A stretch of DNA of 56,101 nt from Actinomycetes bacterium (GTDB taxonomy: Bacteria > Actinomycetota > Actinomycetes > S36-B12 > CAIYMF01), in contig JBAXUN010000001.1 in the NCBI GenBank assembly GCA_037129655.1, positions 1-56,101 on the forward strand, in the 5' to 3' direction. The position numbers and the translations under genes were made by a program. The notes below the pieces were generated by a model that worked only from the letters and a program-made list of their open reading frames with translations, had not been told where the DNA came from and made no database searches. The stretch's first letter is position 1, and every line of letters begins with the position of its first letter. Positions 1 through 9,805 of the stretch are shown piece after piece.

Positions 1-409
1 CTGAATCGCTCAGCGGGCGCTGCCAAAAGTCAGTCAGCCCACCAGCGGTCGGACCTGCGGGCACCTCCATGACGAGCGGGCCTGTCTCTTCAAGATCTGG
101 AAAAGCCATCACGTACGGGGTCGTTGCATTGGCCGTCAGTAGTCCCAATTTATCGGTGAAAGTGAAGTAATCGACATAGTCCATGCTGCCGGCGTCGAAC
201 GTCTCGCGATGTTCGCGCTGCCACTCCTGCATCGCCATGGTGGGTAGTGCCCACAGATACGCCTGACAGGCCCGCTGAAAATCGATCTCGTCATAAAGGC
301 GCTGCGCGGTGGTTAACGTCGGATAACCATGTTCCAGCTCGATATCACCGATCCGAGAGTGCATAACACCGTCGGTGGGCAGGTGCTCTGTAGTCATCTT
401 CATATCCAT
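1..409 (-). CDS. DUF1254 (DUF1254/DUF1214) family protein, N-terminal part, truncated by the window edge
   Basis: Not in the ORF track; translated by hand as MDMKMTTEH...LYDEIDFQRACQAYLWALP...LTANATTPYVMAFPDLEETGPLVMEVPAG...DFWQRPLSD, open to base 1. The motifs are typical of DUF1254. Start could be 409, 403 or 397. Confidence 0.75.
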   Translation of the reverse strand, partial: MDMKMTTEHLPTDGVMHSRIGDIELEHGYPTLTTAQRLYDEIDFQRACQAYLWALPTMAMQEWQREHRETFDAGSMDYVDYFTFTDKLGLLTANATTPYVMAFPDLEETGPLVMEVPAGPTAGGLTDFWQRPLSDS

Positions 410-564
410 TTCCGCATAGGCGACCAGTCGGATGCGCGGAGGATCAGCGCACTGCAGACGCTACGACCTACCTCGTCTAAATAGTCACGATTTGAAGGTT
501 GCTATGGCCGGGTCAGGTCCCCACTTTGGCCGACAGTCAGCAGGCGATACCTATCTCGTCAGAC

Positions 565-2451
565 TCAATGACAATGCTTCGGCTGCGACGGCGCAACATC
601 GTTGCCAGGGCTGCGCCTGAAGAATCCGACCGGCTTGAGGTGGAAGCCAACCCGCTCAACGGGCATCACGGGCCAATCCTCGGTCCGAGGAATGTGGTTG
701 GTTCCAAACGTGTACCAAAGCACCACATCGGTGTTTTCAAGGGGACGATCCGCTGCCGTCCACTCAGGGAGACCCGCACCCCCCTCGTGCTGGAACGGGT
801 AATCCCCCGCCGGATACTTTTCAGCCTCTTTGTTGGGCGTAACCCACAGATGGCTGTACATGAAACCAGCGCGCTTGCCGATCACTGACTCACGCTGGGC
901 CATCGGGTACGTCGTGTGCCCTGGGACGAGTTTGTATCCGACGGGTGCGCCGACGTGATTCAGTCGATTCGGGTTAATGACCTTCCAGTATCGATTCGCG
1001 AATGGGTCAATCACCCGCTGAGCCGCAGATTCCGTTGCCAACACTGTTGAGCGGGTCGTGTAAGCAGCACCGTGTGGGTTTTCCGGACCCATGGGTGCAG
1101 CCACCGCATCGATCTCCAACACCGAGTTCTCAACACCATCGATGTCAAGATCGAGTCGCGCCGAGAAAATGTGCTGATGGTACGGGGCAAGCAAGCCAGG
1201 ATCGATTTCCGTGGACGACGGGTAGTCGAGATCCGGGTCCCCCGCCAACGTCAGAACGATGCCCGTCAATTTGGCTTCGAATTCGATCGAGCCGTCCTGA
1301 TAGAAGTACCAGAAATAGCCGTACTCGTAGTTGTTGACCGTAACGATTGACGATGCGACGAAGCGACGACCGCGACGCACTTCAACGTGACCGAGTTCGT
1401 CTGTGTGCTTCCAAAGAATCCCGAAATCCTCTTCGTGCAGGCAGATCGCATTCGGGATCTCGCGCACGGTTCCATCAGCTTCAGCGAGCGCCACATCTAG
1501 GTAGACGATCTCTCCGAGACAATCACAGCCGAGCATCAATGAGTTTGTGTAGTTGCCCAAGCCAAACTCACCGGTGTCGAAAGCGTTCTTGCGGTAGGCG
1601 CCTGGGCTCGGATCGCCATATGGAATCACGAGTTCGGCGATCGACATCCGTCGCGCGATCTTCCTTGTGGTGCCATTGTCGTTAAAGGCCACATCGTGAA
1701 TGAGCAGACCTTCACGTTGGCACCAGCCAATGCGGAGCGACCACCGCTCCCAGTTGATCAACCAACCGTCGACTGTAAACGAGGAGCCTTCCGGCTGAGT
1801 GATTTCCAGCGGCTTTAGCGCCACACTCGCACCCGTATCGCTGGCGCGATACGGACCCGGTGTCGCCGGAATCGGAATCAGCGCATCCTCTTCGATCGCC
1901 AAAACTTCCGAGGTATCAAGATCGACGATCACTCGAAGGTCACCAATCGGGTGCGCGTATACATTCGCCCCCTCATGTGGACGATGCCACATGGGCGTCC
2001 AGATCAGTCGACGACCATCGTCTAGACCGGCCGGAATCTGGGCTCCGAACGGCCAAGTCTCCATATGCACCTCGTCAACGGAGGAGATACCGCGCCGGGC
2101 CAGCGCCTCGGCGACGCGAGGATCAGCTTTTGCTGCTGCTAGAGCGTCGTTCGCTTCCGGGGCCAGCACAGGCGACTGAGCCCCCGGTACATCGGTCCAC
2201 GAAATGACCTCACCTTCGACGGAAACAACCGCTTCGCTGATGAGGGCTGCCTCACGGTTCCACACGGTGACGAACGCAGCTCGCACCAGCGGCTGACCGT
2301 TTGACCACGCGTCGAGCTCGCGTTTTGTCGGCTCGTGCAACTGCACCATCGACAGCAGATGCCGATGGTCCAAACCTCTCGACGATCGCAGCCCGCTCAC
2401 TACGGCGGAAAGTTCGACGGCACTCAGCGGATCCAAGGGATGATTCGTCAT
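565..2451 (-). CDS. Copper/topaquinone primary amine oxidase
   Basis: N-terminal HPLDPL, TPQ motif TVNNYEY, copper ligands YHQH and the HIPR His, catalytic Asp in AFDTGE, and C-terminal EDWPVMP. No signal peptide. Confidence 0.95.
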   Translation of the reverse strand: MTNHPLDPLSAVELSAVVSGLRSSRGLDHRHLLSMVQLHEPTKRELDAWSNGQPLVRAAFVTVWNREAALISEAVVSVEGEVISWTDVPGAQSPVLAPEANDALAAAKADPRVAEALARRGISSVDEVHMETWPFGAQIPAGLDDGRRLIWTPMWHRPHEGANVYAHPIGDLRVIVDLDTSEVLAIEEDALIPIPATPGPYRASDTGASVALKPLEITQPEGSSFTVDGWLINWERWSLRIGWCQREGLLIHDVAFNDNGTTRKIARRMSIAELVIPYGDPSPGAYRKNAFDTGEFGLGNYTNSLMLGCDCLGEIVYLDVALAEADGTVREIPNAICLHEEDFGILWKHTDELGHVEVRRGRRFVASSIVTVNNYEYGYFWYFYQDGSIEFEAKLTGIVLTLAGDPDLDYPSSTEIDPGLLAPYHQHIFSARLDLDIDGVENSVLEIDAVAAPMGPENPHGAAYTTRSTVLATESAAQRVIDPFANRYWKVINPNRLNHVGAPVGYKLVPGHTTYPMAQRESVIGKRAGFMYSHLWVTPNKEAEKYPAGDYPFQHEGGAGLPEWTAADRPLENTDVVLWYTFGTNHIPRTEDWPVMPVERVGFHLKPVGFFRRSPGNDVAPSQPKHCH

Positions 2452-2598
2452 GCTCCGAGCCTATCGACCGATCGGCTGAAGCGCATCCAATGAACTCAAT
2501 TCAATTTCATTCTGCCAAGTCCGTTGACACGGGCGTTCACTCACGGTTTGCTCAATGTTTGAACCTGCACGACCCACACCCGAGTGTTTAGGGGAGAT

Positions 2599-4119
2599 AT
2601 GTCCGTCTCTGAAATCCACGAATCCGATCTCGTTACCTCCGCATCGCTGGAGGAGAAAGCCAAGTTGAAGCGGCATTTCAGCCGGTTCGACATCTTCTTC
2701 TTCCTGATCTGCACGATCGTCGGCGTCGACACGCTGGCACAGGTAGCCACGAACGGAGCGCAGGGCTTCCTCTGGTTGATCTTCCTGTGCATCTTCTTTT
2801 TCGTCCCATACGGTCTGCTGGTCGCCGAACTTGGCGCTGCGATCCCCGAAGAGGGTGGAGCGTATGTCTGGACGCGCATGGCATGGGGACGCTTGACCGG
2901 TGCCCTCAACTCGGTCTTCTACTGGTTCTCGAACCCAGTGTGGATCGGCGCAACCCTGGCATTTTTGGCCATCGCCGCGATCCAGAAGTACTTCTTCGAG
3001 TTCGAAGACGGCAGTGTGACGTACTACATCGTCGGACTTGCATACATCTGGTTCTCGGTGTGGTCGGCAATCCTGTCGTTCGGCGTGGGCAAGTGGATCC
3101 CGACGATTGGTGCCTGGTGTCGTATCGCCCTGGTGTCAATCTTCTCGATCAGCACCGTCATGTACGCGAGCCAGTACGGCTTGAACTTCCCAGCCGCTAG
3201 CGACTGGACACCCACGTGGGCTGCCTTCATTGCACTCGTCCCATTGATCTTCTACAACTTGGTCGGTTTTGACCTTCCCAGCGCTGCCGGCGATGAGATG
3301 ACGAACCCACAGAAAGATGTTCCGGTTTCGGTCATCCGAGCGATGATCACCTCGATCCTTCTTTATGGCCTTCCGATTCTTGCCATCATTTGCATCATTC
3401 CGCCGAAAGACCTCGAAGGTGCTTCGGGACTTCTTGACGCAGTCGACAAGGTCTTCAGAGTCTGGGGCAGCGCTGAGACAGTCATGATCAAGATCGTCGT
3501 CGTGATGTTCGTTCTCGCCGTGATTTCCAGTGCCAGCACCTGGCTGATGGGTGCCGACCGCGCTCAGGCAATTGCCAGTGTTGACGGTGCGGGCCCGCGT
3601 TGGCTTGGCAGTTTCCACCCCACCCTCGGCACACCGGTGAATGTGAACGTGGTTTCCGGAATCTTGGCGACGGCCGTCTTCGTAGCCGCGTCAACTGTGA
3701 CATCGGGAGATGCGGCCAACGCATTCAACGTGACCATCGGCGTCGTTCTGCTTTTCACGACACTGAGCTACATCGTGATCTTCCCTGCCGTCATCAAGCT
3801 TCGGAAGAGTCACCCGCACATCGTCCGTCCGTACAAGGTTCCGGGTGGCATGGCAGGAGTCTGGATCTGCGGCGTTCTCACGACGTTCTGGGCAGCCTTC
3901 GCCTCGCTCGTAGGAATCTTCCCTGGCCTCGGTGACGGTGAACTACTCAATGATGCCGATCTGCCTGAAGGTGTCTCCCGACTGGGATACACCGCCATGA
4001 CCTTCGGGGCGATTGCTGTGACTCTGTTGGTCGGTTTCATCTTCTACCGACTTGGTGCCCCGACCCGCCAGCATTTGGTGGTCGATCCAGAAGCACCGGT
4101 CGAAGAAGTCATGGTCTAG
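2599..4119 (+). CDS. APC family amino acid/amine permease
   Basis: About 12 hydrophobic segments, AELGAAIPEEGGAYVW, AGDEMTNPQKDVP and RPYKVPGG. ATG at 2599 follows a GGGGAG RBS. Confidence 0.9.
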   Translation: MSVSEIHESDLVTSASLEEKAKLKRHFSRFDIFFFLICTIVGVDTLAQVATNGAQGFLWLIFLCIFFFVPYGLLVAELGAAIPEEGGAYVWTRMAWGRLTGALNSVFYWFSNPVWIGATLAFLAIAAIQKYFFEFEDGSVTYYIVGLAYIWFSVWSAILSFGVGKWIPTIGAWCRIALVSIFSISTVMYASQYGLNFPAASDWTPTWAAFIALVPLIFYNLVGFDLPSAAGDEMTNPQKDVPVSVIRAMITSILLYGLPILAIICIIPPKDLEGASGLLDAVDKVFRVWGSAETVMIKIVVVMFVLAVISSASTWLMGADRAQAIASVDGAGPRWLGSFHPTLGTPVNVNVVSGILATAVFVAASTVTSGDAANAFNVTIGVVLLFTTLSYIVIFPAVIKLRKSHPHIVRPYKVPGGMAGVWICGVLTTFWAAFASLVGIFPGLGDGELLNDADLPEGVSRLGYTAMTFGAIAVTLLVGFIFYRLGAPTRQHLVVDPEAPVEEVMV

Positions 4120-4155
4120 AAGTGCCACCAGCTCGTCCATCGACACAATGAACGA

Positions 4156-4194
4156 ATGAATGCGGCCCACTTTTTACAGGTGGGCCGCATTCAT
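4156..4194. terminator. Bidirectional hairpin terminator between convergent APC permease and ppk2
   Basis: Perfect 15 bp inverted repeat ATGAATGCGGCCCAC / GTGGGCCGCATTCAT with a 9 nt loop. Confidence 0.8.
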
Positions 4195-4208
4195 GTCTCA
4201 CGATCGAA

Positions 4209-5069
4209 CTAGTCGGCGCTGGCCAAGAGGCGCTTCTGCTCGGCGACATCGAAAGTTGCCGGCGGGAATCGAGGTTCCATTTCCCGCAGTGCGTCAACTA
4301 GAAGATTGGCAACTACCCAGTCGCGGTACCACTTGCGGTCCGCTGGAACGACGTACCAAGGCGCCGCATCTGTCGAACACTGAGCCAGGGCAACCTGATA
4401 CGCCTCTTGGTAGTCGTCCCAAAACGCCCGTTCGTGCAGATCCCCCGGACTGTACTTCCAATGCTTTGACGCATCGTTGAGGCGTGCTTCCAGTCGTACC
4501 TTCTGTTCAAGCTTGGACACGTGCAACATCACCTTGACGATATGGGTGCCCTCGTCCACCACCCGATATTCGAACTCGTTAATGCGCTCGTAGCGAGTCG
4601 ACCATTCTGACTCCGGCACAAGATTGTGCACGCGCACAATCAGCACATCTTCGTATTGCGAGCGATTGAAAACCCCGATATCGCCACCAATTGGAAGCGC
4701 CTTGTCGATACGCCACAGAAAATCGTGAGCCAACTCCTCGGCAGTGGGCTTCTTAAATGACGTGATCTTCACACCCGAGGGATTCATACCGCTCATGAGA
4801 CGGGCAACCGTGCCGTCTTTGCCCGACGTATCCATCCCCTGAAGCACCAGCAGAACAGCTCGCTTACCTCCTCCTGTGCCTTCTGCGTACAGCCGCTCCT
4901 GCAACGGCCCTAACTCAGCCAAAAGGGCTGCAGTAGCGGCAAAGGTCGCCGCTTTGTCCCCTGGAGCTGTCGACGTGTCACGCGGGTCCCTGTCGGACAG
5001 TAGATCTCCAGGACGGAACGTCACTGACTCCACTACTGCGACAGGCGAAAGTTGCGAGTTCTTGGCCAT
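4209..5069 (-). CDS. ppk2: Polyphosphate kinase 2 family (class III-like polyP:nucleotide phosphotransferase)
   Basis: Walker A GMDTSGKDG, HDFLWR, FNRSQYEDVL and APWYVVPADRKW. Confidence 0.92.
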   Translation of the reverse strand: MAKNSQLSPVAVVESVTFRPGDLLSDRDPRDTSTAPGDKAATFAATAALLAELGPLQERLYAEGTGGGKRAVLLVLQGMDTSGKDGTVARLMSGMNPSGVKITSFKKPTAEELAHDFLWRIDKALPIGGDIGVFNRSQYEDVLIVRVHNLVPESEWSTRYERINEFEYRVVDEGTHIVKVMLHVSKLEQKVRLEARLNDASKHWKYSPGDLHERAFWDDYQEAYQVALAQCSTDAAPWYVVPADRKWYRDWVVANLLVDALREMEPRFPPATFDVAEQKRLLASAD

Positions 5070-5098
5070 GTGAGCCTCCTATAGGTCAAGATGTCGGT

Positions 5099-5350
5099 AT
5101 GACTCCGACTGGCTTTTTCTCTGGCATTGTCATCGGCCTACTCATCGGCGCACTTGCCCGAATCGTGGTGCACAACAGTCAACCACTCGGATGCCTCTTA
5201 ACGCTGATCATTGGCGTGGTTGGTGGAACCATTGGCGCAGCTATCGCAGGCTCACAGGGCTGGGGATTCTGGATCACCGTCGCACTGCAAATTTTGATCG
5301 CCGCCGTCATCGTCGTCATCTTCTCCGTGGCGACCCGCCCGCCACGCTAA
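5099..5350 (+). CDS. GlsB/YeaQ/YmgE family small membrane protein
   Basis: 83 aa with three hydrophobic helices and IGLLIGALAR...GCLLTLIIGVVG pattern. Confidence 0.75.
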   Translation: MTPTGFFSGIVIGLLIGALARIVVHNSQPLGCLLTLIIGVVGGTIGAAIAGSQGWGFWITVALQILIAAVIVVIFSVATRPPR

Positions 5351-5357
5351 TCCCCCG

Positions 5358-6146
5358 ATGAGACAACTACTTCCCGTCCTGAGTCCCGATCTGTCCGATG
5401 TCGAACTCGATGCGATCTACGGATGGCCGCAGTGGCCCTTCGCACACGCATGGGTACGCGCCAACATGGTCTCGACCATCGACGGTGCAGCCGCGTCCCC
5501 TGACGGACTTAGCGAAGGAATATCATCTGCTGCCGACCGACGCATTTTTGGCCGACTCCGCGGCTTGGCCGACGCCGTACTCGTCGGTGCCGGAACAGTG
5601 CGAAGCGAGGGATACCGTCCAGCTCGGACGAAACCCGATTTTGCTGAACGACGTGCGCTGGCCGGCCAAGGAATCGTCCCTGCCATCGCTGTCGTAAGCC
5701 GAAGCCTTGACCTTGATCTAACACTGCCTCTATACACCGAGCCCGCTGTCCGCACGATTGTCATCACCTGTGCCGCCGCCGATCCGTCACTCATCAAGGC
5801 GGCACGAGAGCGATGCGATGTCGAGGTGTGCGGTGATGAATCAGTAGACCTCCGCGCTGCAGTCAAGGCATTGAATGATCGCGGCCTAACCCGCATTCAC
5901 AGTGAGGGTGGTCCGCGGCTTTTGGCTGACCTCATTGCCGCTGACGTGCTCGACGAACTTCTTCTTACGCTGTCGCCGACCATCGCAGGTGGTTCGTTCA
6001 CGACGGGGGCTAGCGTGCCGAGAATTCTTGAGGGCGTGAGCAATCCAACGGGCCTGCGAGCCGTTCAACTTCATCATCTACTCGAAGAAGATTCGATGCT
6101 TTTCGCAAGCTACCGATTCACACACACGCTCGCACAGAACACGTAA
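5358..6146 (+). CDS. RibD C-terminal-like pyrimidine reductase / dihydrofolate reductase family protein (Rv2671-like)
   Basis: VRANMVSTIDG, ADAVLVGAGTVRSEGY, EGGPRL and DELLLTLSP. Confidence 0.88.
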   Translation: MRQLLPVLSPDLSDVELDAIYGWPQWPFAHAWVRANMVSTIDGAAASPDGLSEGISSAADRRIFGRLRGLADAVLVGAGTVRSEGYRPARTKPDFAERRALAGQGIVPAIAVVSRSLDLDLTLPLYTEPAVRTIVITCAAADPSLIKAARERCDVEVCGDESVDLRAAVKALNDRGLTRIHSEGGPRLLADLIAADVLDELLLTLSPTIAGGSFTTGASVPRILEGVSNPTGLRAVQLHHLLEEDSMLFASYRFTHTLAQNT

Positions 6147-7249
6147 TGACAATGCCGAACTTTCCGATCACACCGCCGGTTAAGCCCATGCTCGCCAAGC
6201 CGGTGCAATCAGTGCCGGCCAACGACTCAGTCACAGGCGGGTTGATTTACGAACCCAAGTGGGATGGCTTTCGCTGCATAGTCTTTCGTGATGGCGATCA
6301 CCTCGAGCTCGGCAGTCGCAATGAAAAGCCGCTCACGAGGTACTTCCCCGAGCTCGTTGCGGCGCTGCGCGACAACATCCCAGATCGGTGTGTCCTCGAC
6401 GGCGAGATCATCATCATTCGAGACCAACGACTAGATTTCGATGCCCTGCAAAATCGGATCCATCCGGCCGCTTCGAGAATCGATCTACTCGCCGGACAAA
6501 CACCGGCATCGTTCGTCGCCTTTGATGTGCTCGCACTAGAGGATGACCTAACCGCTGCGTCATTTCGAGATCGCCGGGCAGCACTTGAGCAGGCACTGGC
6601 CACTTCCCAGCCGCCCGTCCATCTCACACGGATCAGCCACTCGCAGACAGAGGGACAGCGCTGGTTCGAGCAGTTCGAGGGTGCGGGGCTCGATGGAATC
6701 ATCTGCAAACCGCTGGATCTGCCCTATCAGCCCGACAAGCGCACCATGCTCAAAGTGAAACACTCACGCACCGCCGACTGTGTGGTCGCTGGTTGGCGTC
6801 CCCACAAGCAGCCAGGCCCCGATGGCGAGGTGATGCTCGGATCGCTCATGCTCGGCCTATTCGATGATGCAGGCGTTTTACAGTCGGTAGGCGTTGCGGC
6901 CGCCTTCACCCAACAGCGGCGCCTTGAACTCGTCGACGAGTTGGGCGGCTATGCACTCGGCGAAGGCGAACCGCATCCGTGGCAAGCGTGGCAAGATCCT
7001 GCTGCACACGAAGCAAACCGTTTGCCAGCCAGCACAAGCCGTTGGAGCGCAGGAAGAAACCTCGACTGGTTTCCACTTCGTCCAGAACTCGTCGTCGAAG
7101 TCGGCTACGGCGCGATGGAGGGTGACCGCTTTAGGCACACCGCCCAGTTCAAGCGTTGGCGATCAGACCGATCACCTGAATCATGCACGTATGAACAGTT
7201 AGAGCGACCCGTGACGTATTCACTCGAGGATGTCTTCGTCTCTGGCTGA
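6146..7249 (+). CDS. ligC: ATP-dependent DNA ligase, LigC type
   Basis: PPVKPMLAK, adenylation motif YEPKWDGFR, LDGEII, EGAGLDG, KVKHSRTADCVVAG and RFRHTAQF. The start overlaps the upstream stop (TAATG). Confidence 0.9.
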   Translation: MTMPNFPITPPVKPMLAKPVQSVPANDSVTGGLIYEPKWDGFRCIVFRDGDHLELGSRNEKPLTRYFPELVAALRDNIPDRCVLDGEIIIIRDQRLDFDALQNRIHPAASRIDLLAGQTPASFVAFDVLALEDDLTAASFRDRRAALEQALATSQPPVHLTRISHSQTEGQRWFEQFEGAGLDGIICKPLDLPYQPDKRTMLKVKHSRTADCVVAGWRPHKQPGPDGEVMLGSLMLGLFDDAGVLQSVGVAAAFTQQRRLELVDELGGYALGEGEPHPWQAWQDPAAHEANRLPASTSRWSAGRNLDWFPLRPELVVEVGYGAMEGDRFRHTAQFKRWRSDRSPESCTYEQLERPVTYSLEDVFVSG

Positions 7250-7299
7250 TGCGGAAGCCGATGCGATACCGCTCCCACAACCTCGGGATTGACGACCGA

Positions 7300-8058
7300 T
7301 TACATGCGTAGGTACGAGGCACCGTTGAAATCTAGGACAGCGCCACTTGCCCACTCTGCTTCTGACGAAGCGAGGAAGACAATCGCATCAGCGAGCTCTT
7401 GCGGAGTCGCCACTCGGTTAAACGGGCTTTGCGCCCGGATTTCCCGGCCAGTCTCCCCTTCGAGATGATCCTTTGCCATATCAGTTTCAACAAATCCTGG
7501 CGCTAACGTGGTCACCGCAATACCTTCGGGGGCAAGCGCTTTGGCGATTGACTGACCGAATGCGACGATCGCAGCCTTACTGGCGCCGTAGGCTGGTGAG
7601 TCCGGCTCACCTCGGAATGCACCGCGGCTACCCACGTTAACGATACGTGACCCACCATCGCGAGGCATGTGTTGCAGTGCGCACCAAGTGACATTCGCGG
7701 CACCCGTCAGATTGACTCCAAGCGTGTCGTTCCACGCCTGTTGCCATTGCTCGTAGGTGGCCGACTCGATGGGGTGCGAGAAGAAGACACCGGCATTGTT
7801 CACGACCACATCGATCTTCCCCAAATGCGCCGCAGCTTCATCAACAAAGGACCGAACAGCAGCCGGATCGCGAAGGTCGCCCTGAACGACTACATGGCCA
7901 TCCCCAGCACACGAGCCAAGCACCTCGGCCGCAGCAGCAGCATCTGAGGAATAGTGGATGGCTACACGATCACCCCGAGCGGCAAAGGCCTGCGCACATG
8001 CAGCACCAATTCCGCGGGAGGCGCCGGTGATCAGAATTGCTCGATTTGTCGGGGTCAT
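7300..8058 (-). CDS. SDR family NAD(P)-dependent oxidoreductase
   Basis: TGASRGIG, NNAG, YGASK and PGFVETDM. Confidence 0.92.
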   Translation of the reverse strand: MTPTNRAILITGASRGIGAACAQAFAARGDRVAIHYSSDAAAAAEVLGSCAGDGHVVVQGDLRDPAAVRSFVDEAAAHLGKIDVVVNNAGVFFSHPIESATYEQWQQAWNDTLGVNLTGAANVTWCALQHMPRDGGSRIVNVGSRGAFRGEPDSPAYGASKAAIVAFGQSIAKALAPEGIAVTTLAPGFVETDMAKDHLEGETGREIRAQSPFNRVATPQELADAIVFLASSEAEWASGAVLDFNGASYLRM

Positions 8059-8098
8059 TCGTGGATTCTGTCAGGACCCGCGCAGTATTCCTCGGATA

Positions 8099-9157
8099 TC
8101 AATTCTCGGGTCGGGCGCGGCTTGGTTGAACTCGCTTCGGTTCGCCGGCCATTTTGGGATAATCGGGTGGATAGGGCATTTCCCCCAACCCATGATCGCG
8201 TTCATCTCGTTCGTACCACTCGAGCAAGGGTGAGAGATCGAAGTGTGCTGAATCTATTGATTCATGGGGATCACCCACGGCAGCAAATCGAGCACCTGCG
8301 TTGAGAACTGTGAAGTCGTGCGGATCCACCTCGGCGAGTTCATCCCACGTCACAGGCATCGAAACGGGTGCGTGCGACTTAGCGCGAACTGAATATGCAG
8401 ACGCGATTGTGCGATCGCGGGCGTTCTGGTTGTAGTCGATGAAGATCGCAGTTCCGCGGTCTTCCTTCCACCATTGCGTCGTCACCCTGCCAGGCATTCG
8501 ACGCTCTAACTCTCGACCAACGGCTATGGCCGCGTGCCGAACATCGATGAACGTGAACGCCGGCGCGATGCGCACATAAATGTGTACGCCTCGACCTCCC
8601 GAAGTCTTGACGAACCCCTGCATACCGACCTCGGCAAGTAGAGACCGCAATTCGTGGGCCACGACTACGGCGTCGTGAAAATCCGTACCCGGTTGCGGAT
8701 CCAAATCCAACCGGAGTTCGTCCGGATGATCGACGTCAGATCTGCGTACCGGCCAGGGGTGAAATGTGATGGTGCCAAGTTGAGCTGCCCACGCCACTAC
8801 AGCCAGCGACGACGGCGCCACTTCATCAGCGGTTCGACCGGACGGGAACGTGATGTGCGCGGTCTCGACATAATCCGGCGCACCGGTGGGCACCCGCTTT
8901 TGGTAGAAAGCATCGCCTCGATTATCTGCACGCGTGCTGAGAACTGCCCCTTCGATGACGCCGCTTGGCCATCGCTCAAGTGTGGTCGGACGATCACGCA
9001 AGGCTCGAAGGATTCCGGGCCCACAGGAAATGTAATGCCGGACTACTTCCAACTTGGTGATCCCGACGGCAGGAAAGTACGGCTTCTCAGGGTTCGTCAC
9101 CCTGACCACGTGACCATCAACCTCGAGTTCGATCGGTTCCCCGTAATTCTTCGCCAT
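8099..9157 (-). CDS. Stand-alone AEP primase-polymerase (LigD Pol domain / Prim-PolC type)
   Basis: VTNPEKPYF, FYQKRVP, ELRLDLDPQPG, KTSGGRGVH and DYNQNARDRTIASAYSVR. Start trimmed to MAKNYG at 9157. Confidence 0.9.
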   Translation of the reverse strand: MAKNYGEPIELEVDGHVVRVTNPEKPYFPAVGITKLEVVRHYISCGPGILRALRDRPTTLERWPSGVIEGAVLSTRADNRGDAFYQKRVPTGAPDYVETAHITFPSGRTADEVAPSSLAVVAWAAQLGTITFHPWPVRRSDVDHPDELRLDLDPQPGTDFHDAVVVAHELRSLLAEVGMQGFVKTSGGRGVHIYVRIAPAFTFIDVRHAAIAVGRELERRMPGRVTTQWWKEDRGTAIFIDYNQNARDRTIASAYSVRAKSHAPVSMPVTWDELAEVDPHDFTVLNAGARFAAVGDPHESIDSAHFDLSPLLEWYERDERDHGLGEMPYPPDYPKMAGEPKRVQPSRARPEN

Positions 9158-9226
9158 AAGGTGCACGCTATGTCGTGACGCTCGGCGACCCCGGAATATA
9201 CGCGCTCCAAACCTGCGCTCCGTGGT

Positions 9227-9253
9227 GGAATAGGTGCCGCGGAGTTGTCGTTG
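9227..9253 (+). promoter_or_regulatory. SigR/SigH-type ECF sigma promoter for msrB
   Basis: GGAAT (9227-9231), exactly 18 nt, then GTTG (9250-9253). This matches the GGAAT-N18-GTT consensus and lies about 80 nt upstream of msrB. Confidence 0.75.
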
Positions 9254-9333
9254 TAACGGACGTGAACTCCCCACATCACTCGCCGCTCACGTCGCTGTGG
9301 CGGCGCATTCAACGTACTTTCGGAGGTTTGCAC

Positions 9334-9771
9334 GTGGAATCCATGCCAACTGTCCGCCCGGACGGCACGACGTACGACGTACTCAAGACCGATGAAGAAT
9401 GGAGAGAACAACTCGAACCTGCAGAGTTCTTCATCCTGCGTCAGGCCGGCACTGAGCGTCCGCACACGGGGGAATATGTCGATACGAAAACTATCGGCAC
9501 CTACACATGCCGCGCTTGCGATGCAGAGCTGTTTTCAAGTGACACTAAATTCGACTCGCACTGCGGCTGGCCGTCATTTTGGTCCCCGCTAGCAGGCCAG
9601 TCCGTCGTCGAACTTGAAGACACCTCTGGTGGAATGCGACGAGTCGAAGTCAGGTGTGCGTCATGCGGCAGCCACCTTGGTCACGTGTTCGATGGCGAGG
9701 GCTACCAAACGCCGACCGATCAGCGCTACTGCATCAACTCGATATCACTGAAGCTAACGCCACAGGCTTAA
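9334..9771 (+). CDS. msrB: Peptide-methionine (R)-S-oxide reductase
   Basis: LRQAGTERP, CRAC, KFDSHCGWPSF, CASCGSHLGHVF and RYCINS. GTG at 9334 lies 7 nt after GGAGG. Confidence 0.95.
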   Translation: MESMPTVRPDGTTYDVLKTDEEWREQLEPAEFFILRQAGTERPHTGEYVDTKTIGTYTCRACDAELFSSDTKFDSHCGWPSFWSPLAGQSVVELEDTSGGMRRVEVRCASCGSHLGHVFDGEGYQTPTDQRYCINSISLKLTPQA

Positions 9772-9805
9772 ACGGGACGCATTGTGAAGGACTTGTCGTA
9801 GATCG

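Noticed and set aside
2524-2529. TTGACA -35 hexamer before the APC permease
   Set aside because: No convincing TANNNT -10 element lies at 16-18 nt spacing, so it is not called as a promoter.
6146-9157. Ku-LigD NHEJ system
   Set aside because: There is no Ku gene or phosphoesterase domain, and the motifs fit LigC and Prim-PolC.
9158-9333. N-terminal extensions of Prim-PolC and MsrB in the ORF track; likewise for trkA, pat, parC, fadB and rnd
   Set aside because: They would overlap divergent genes or promoters, and downstream starts fit the RBS positions and domain boundaries better.
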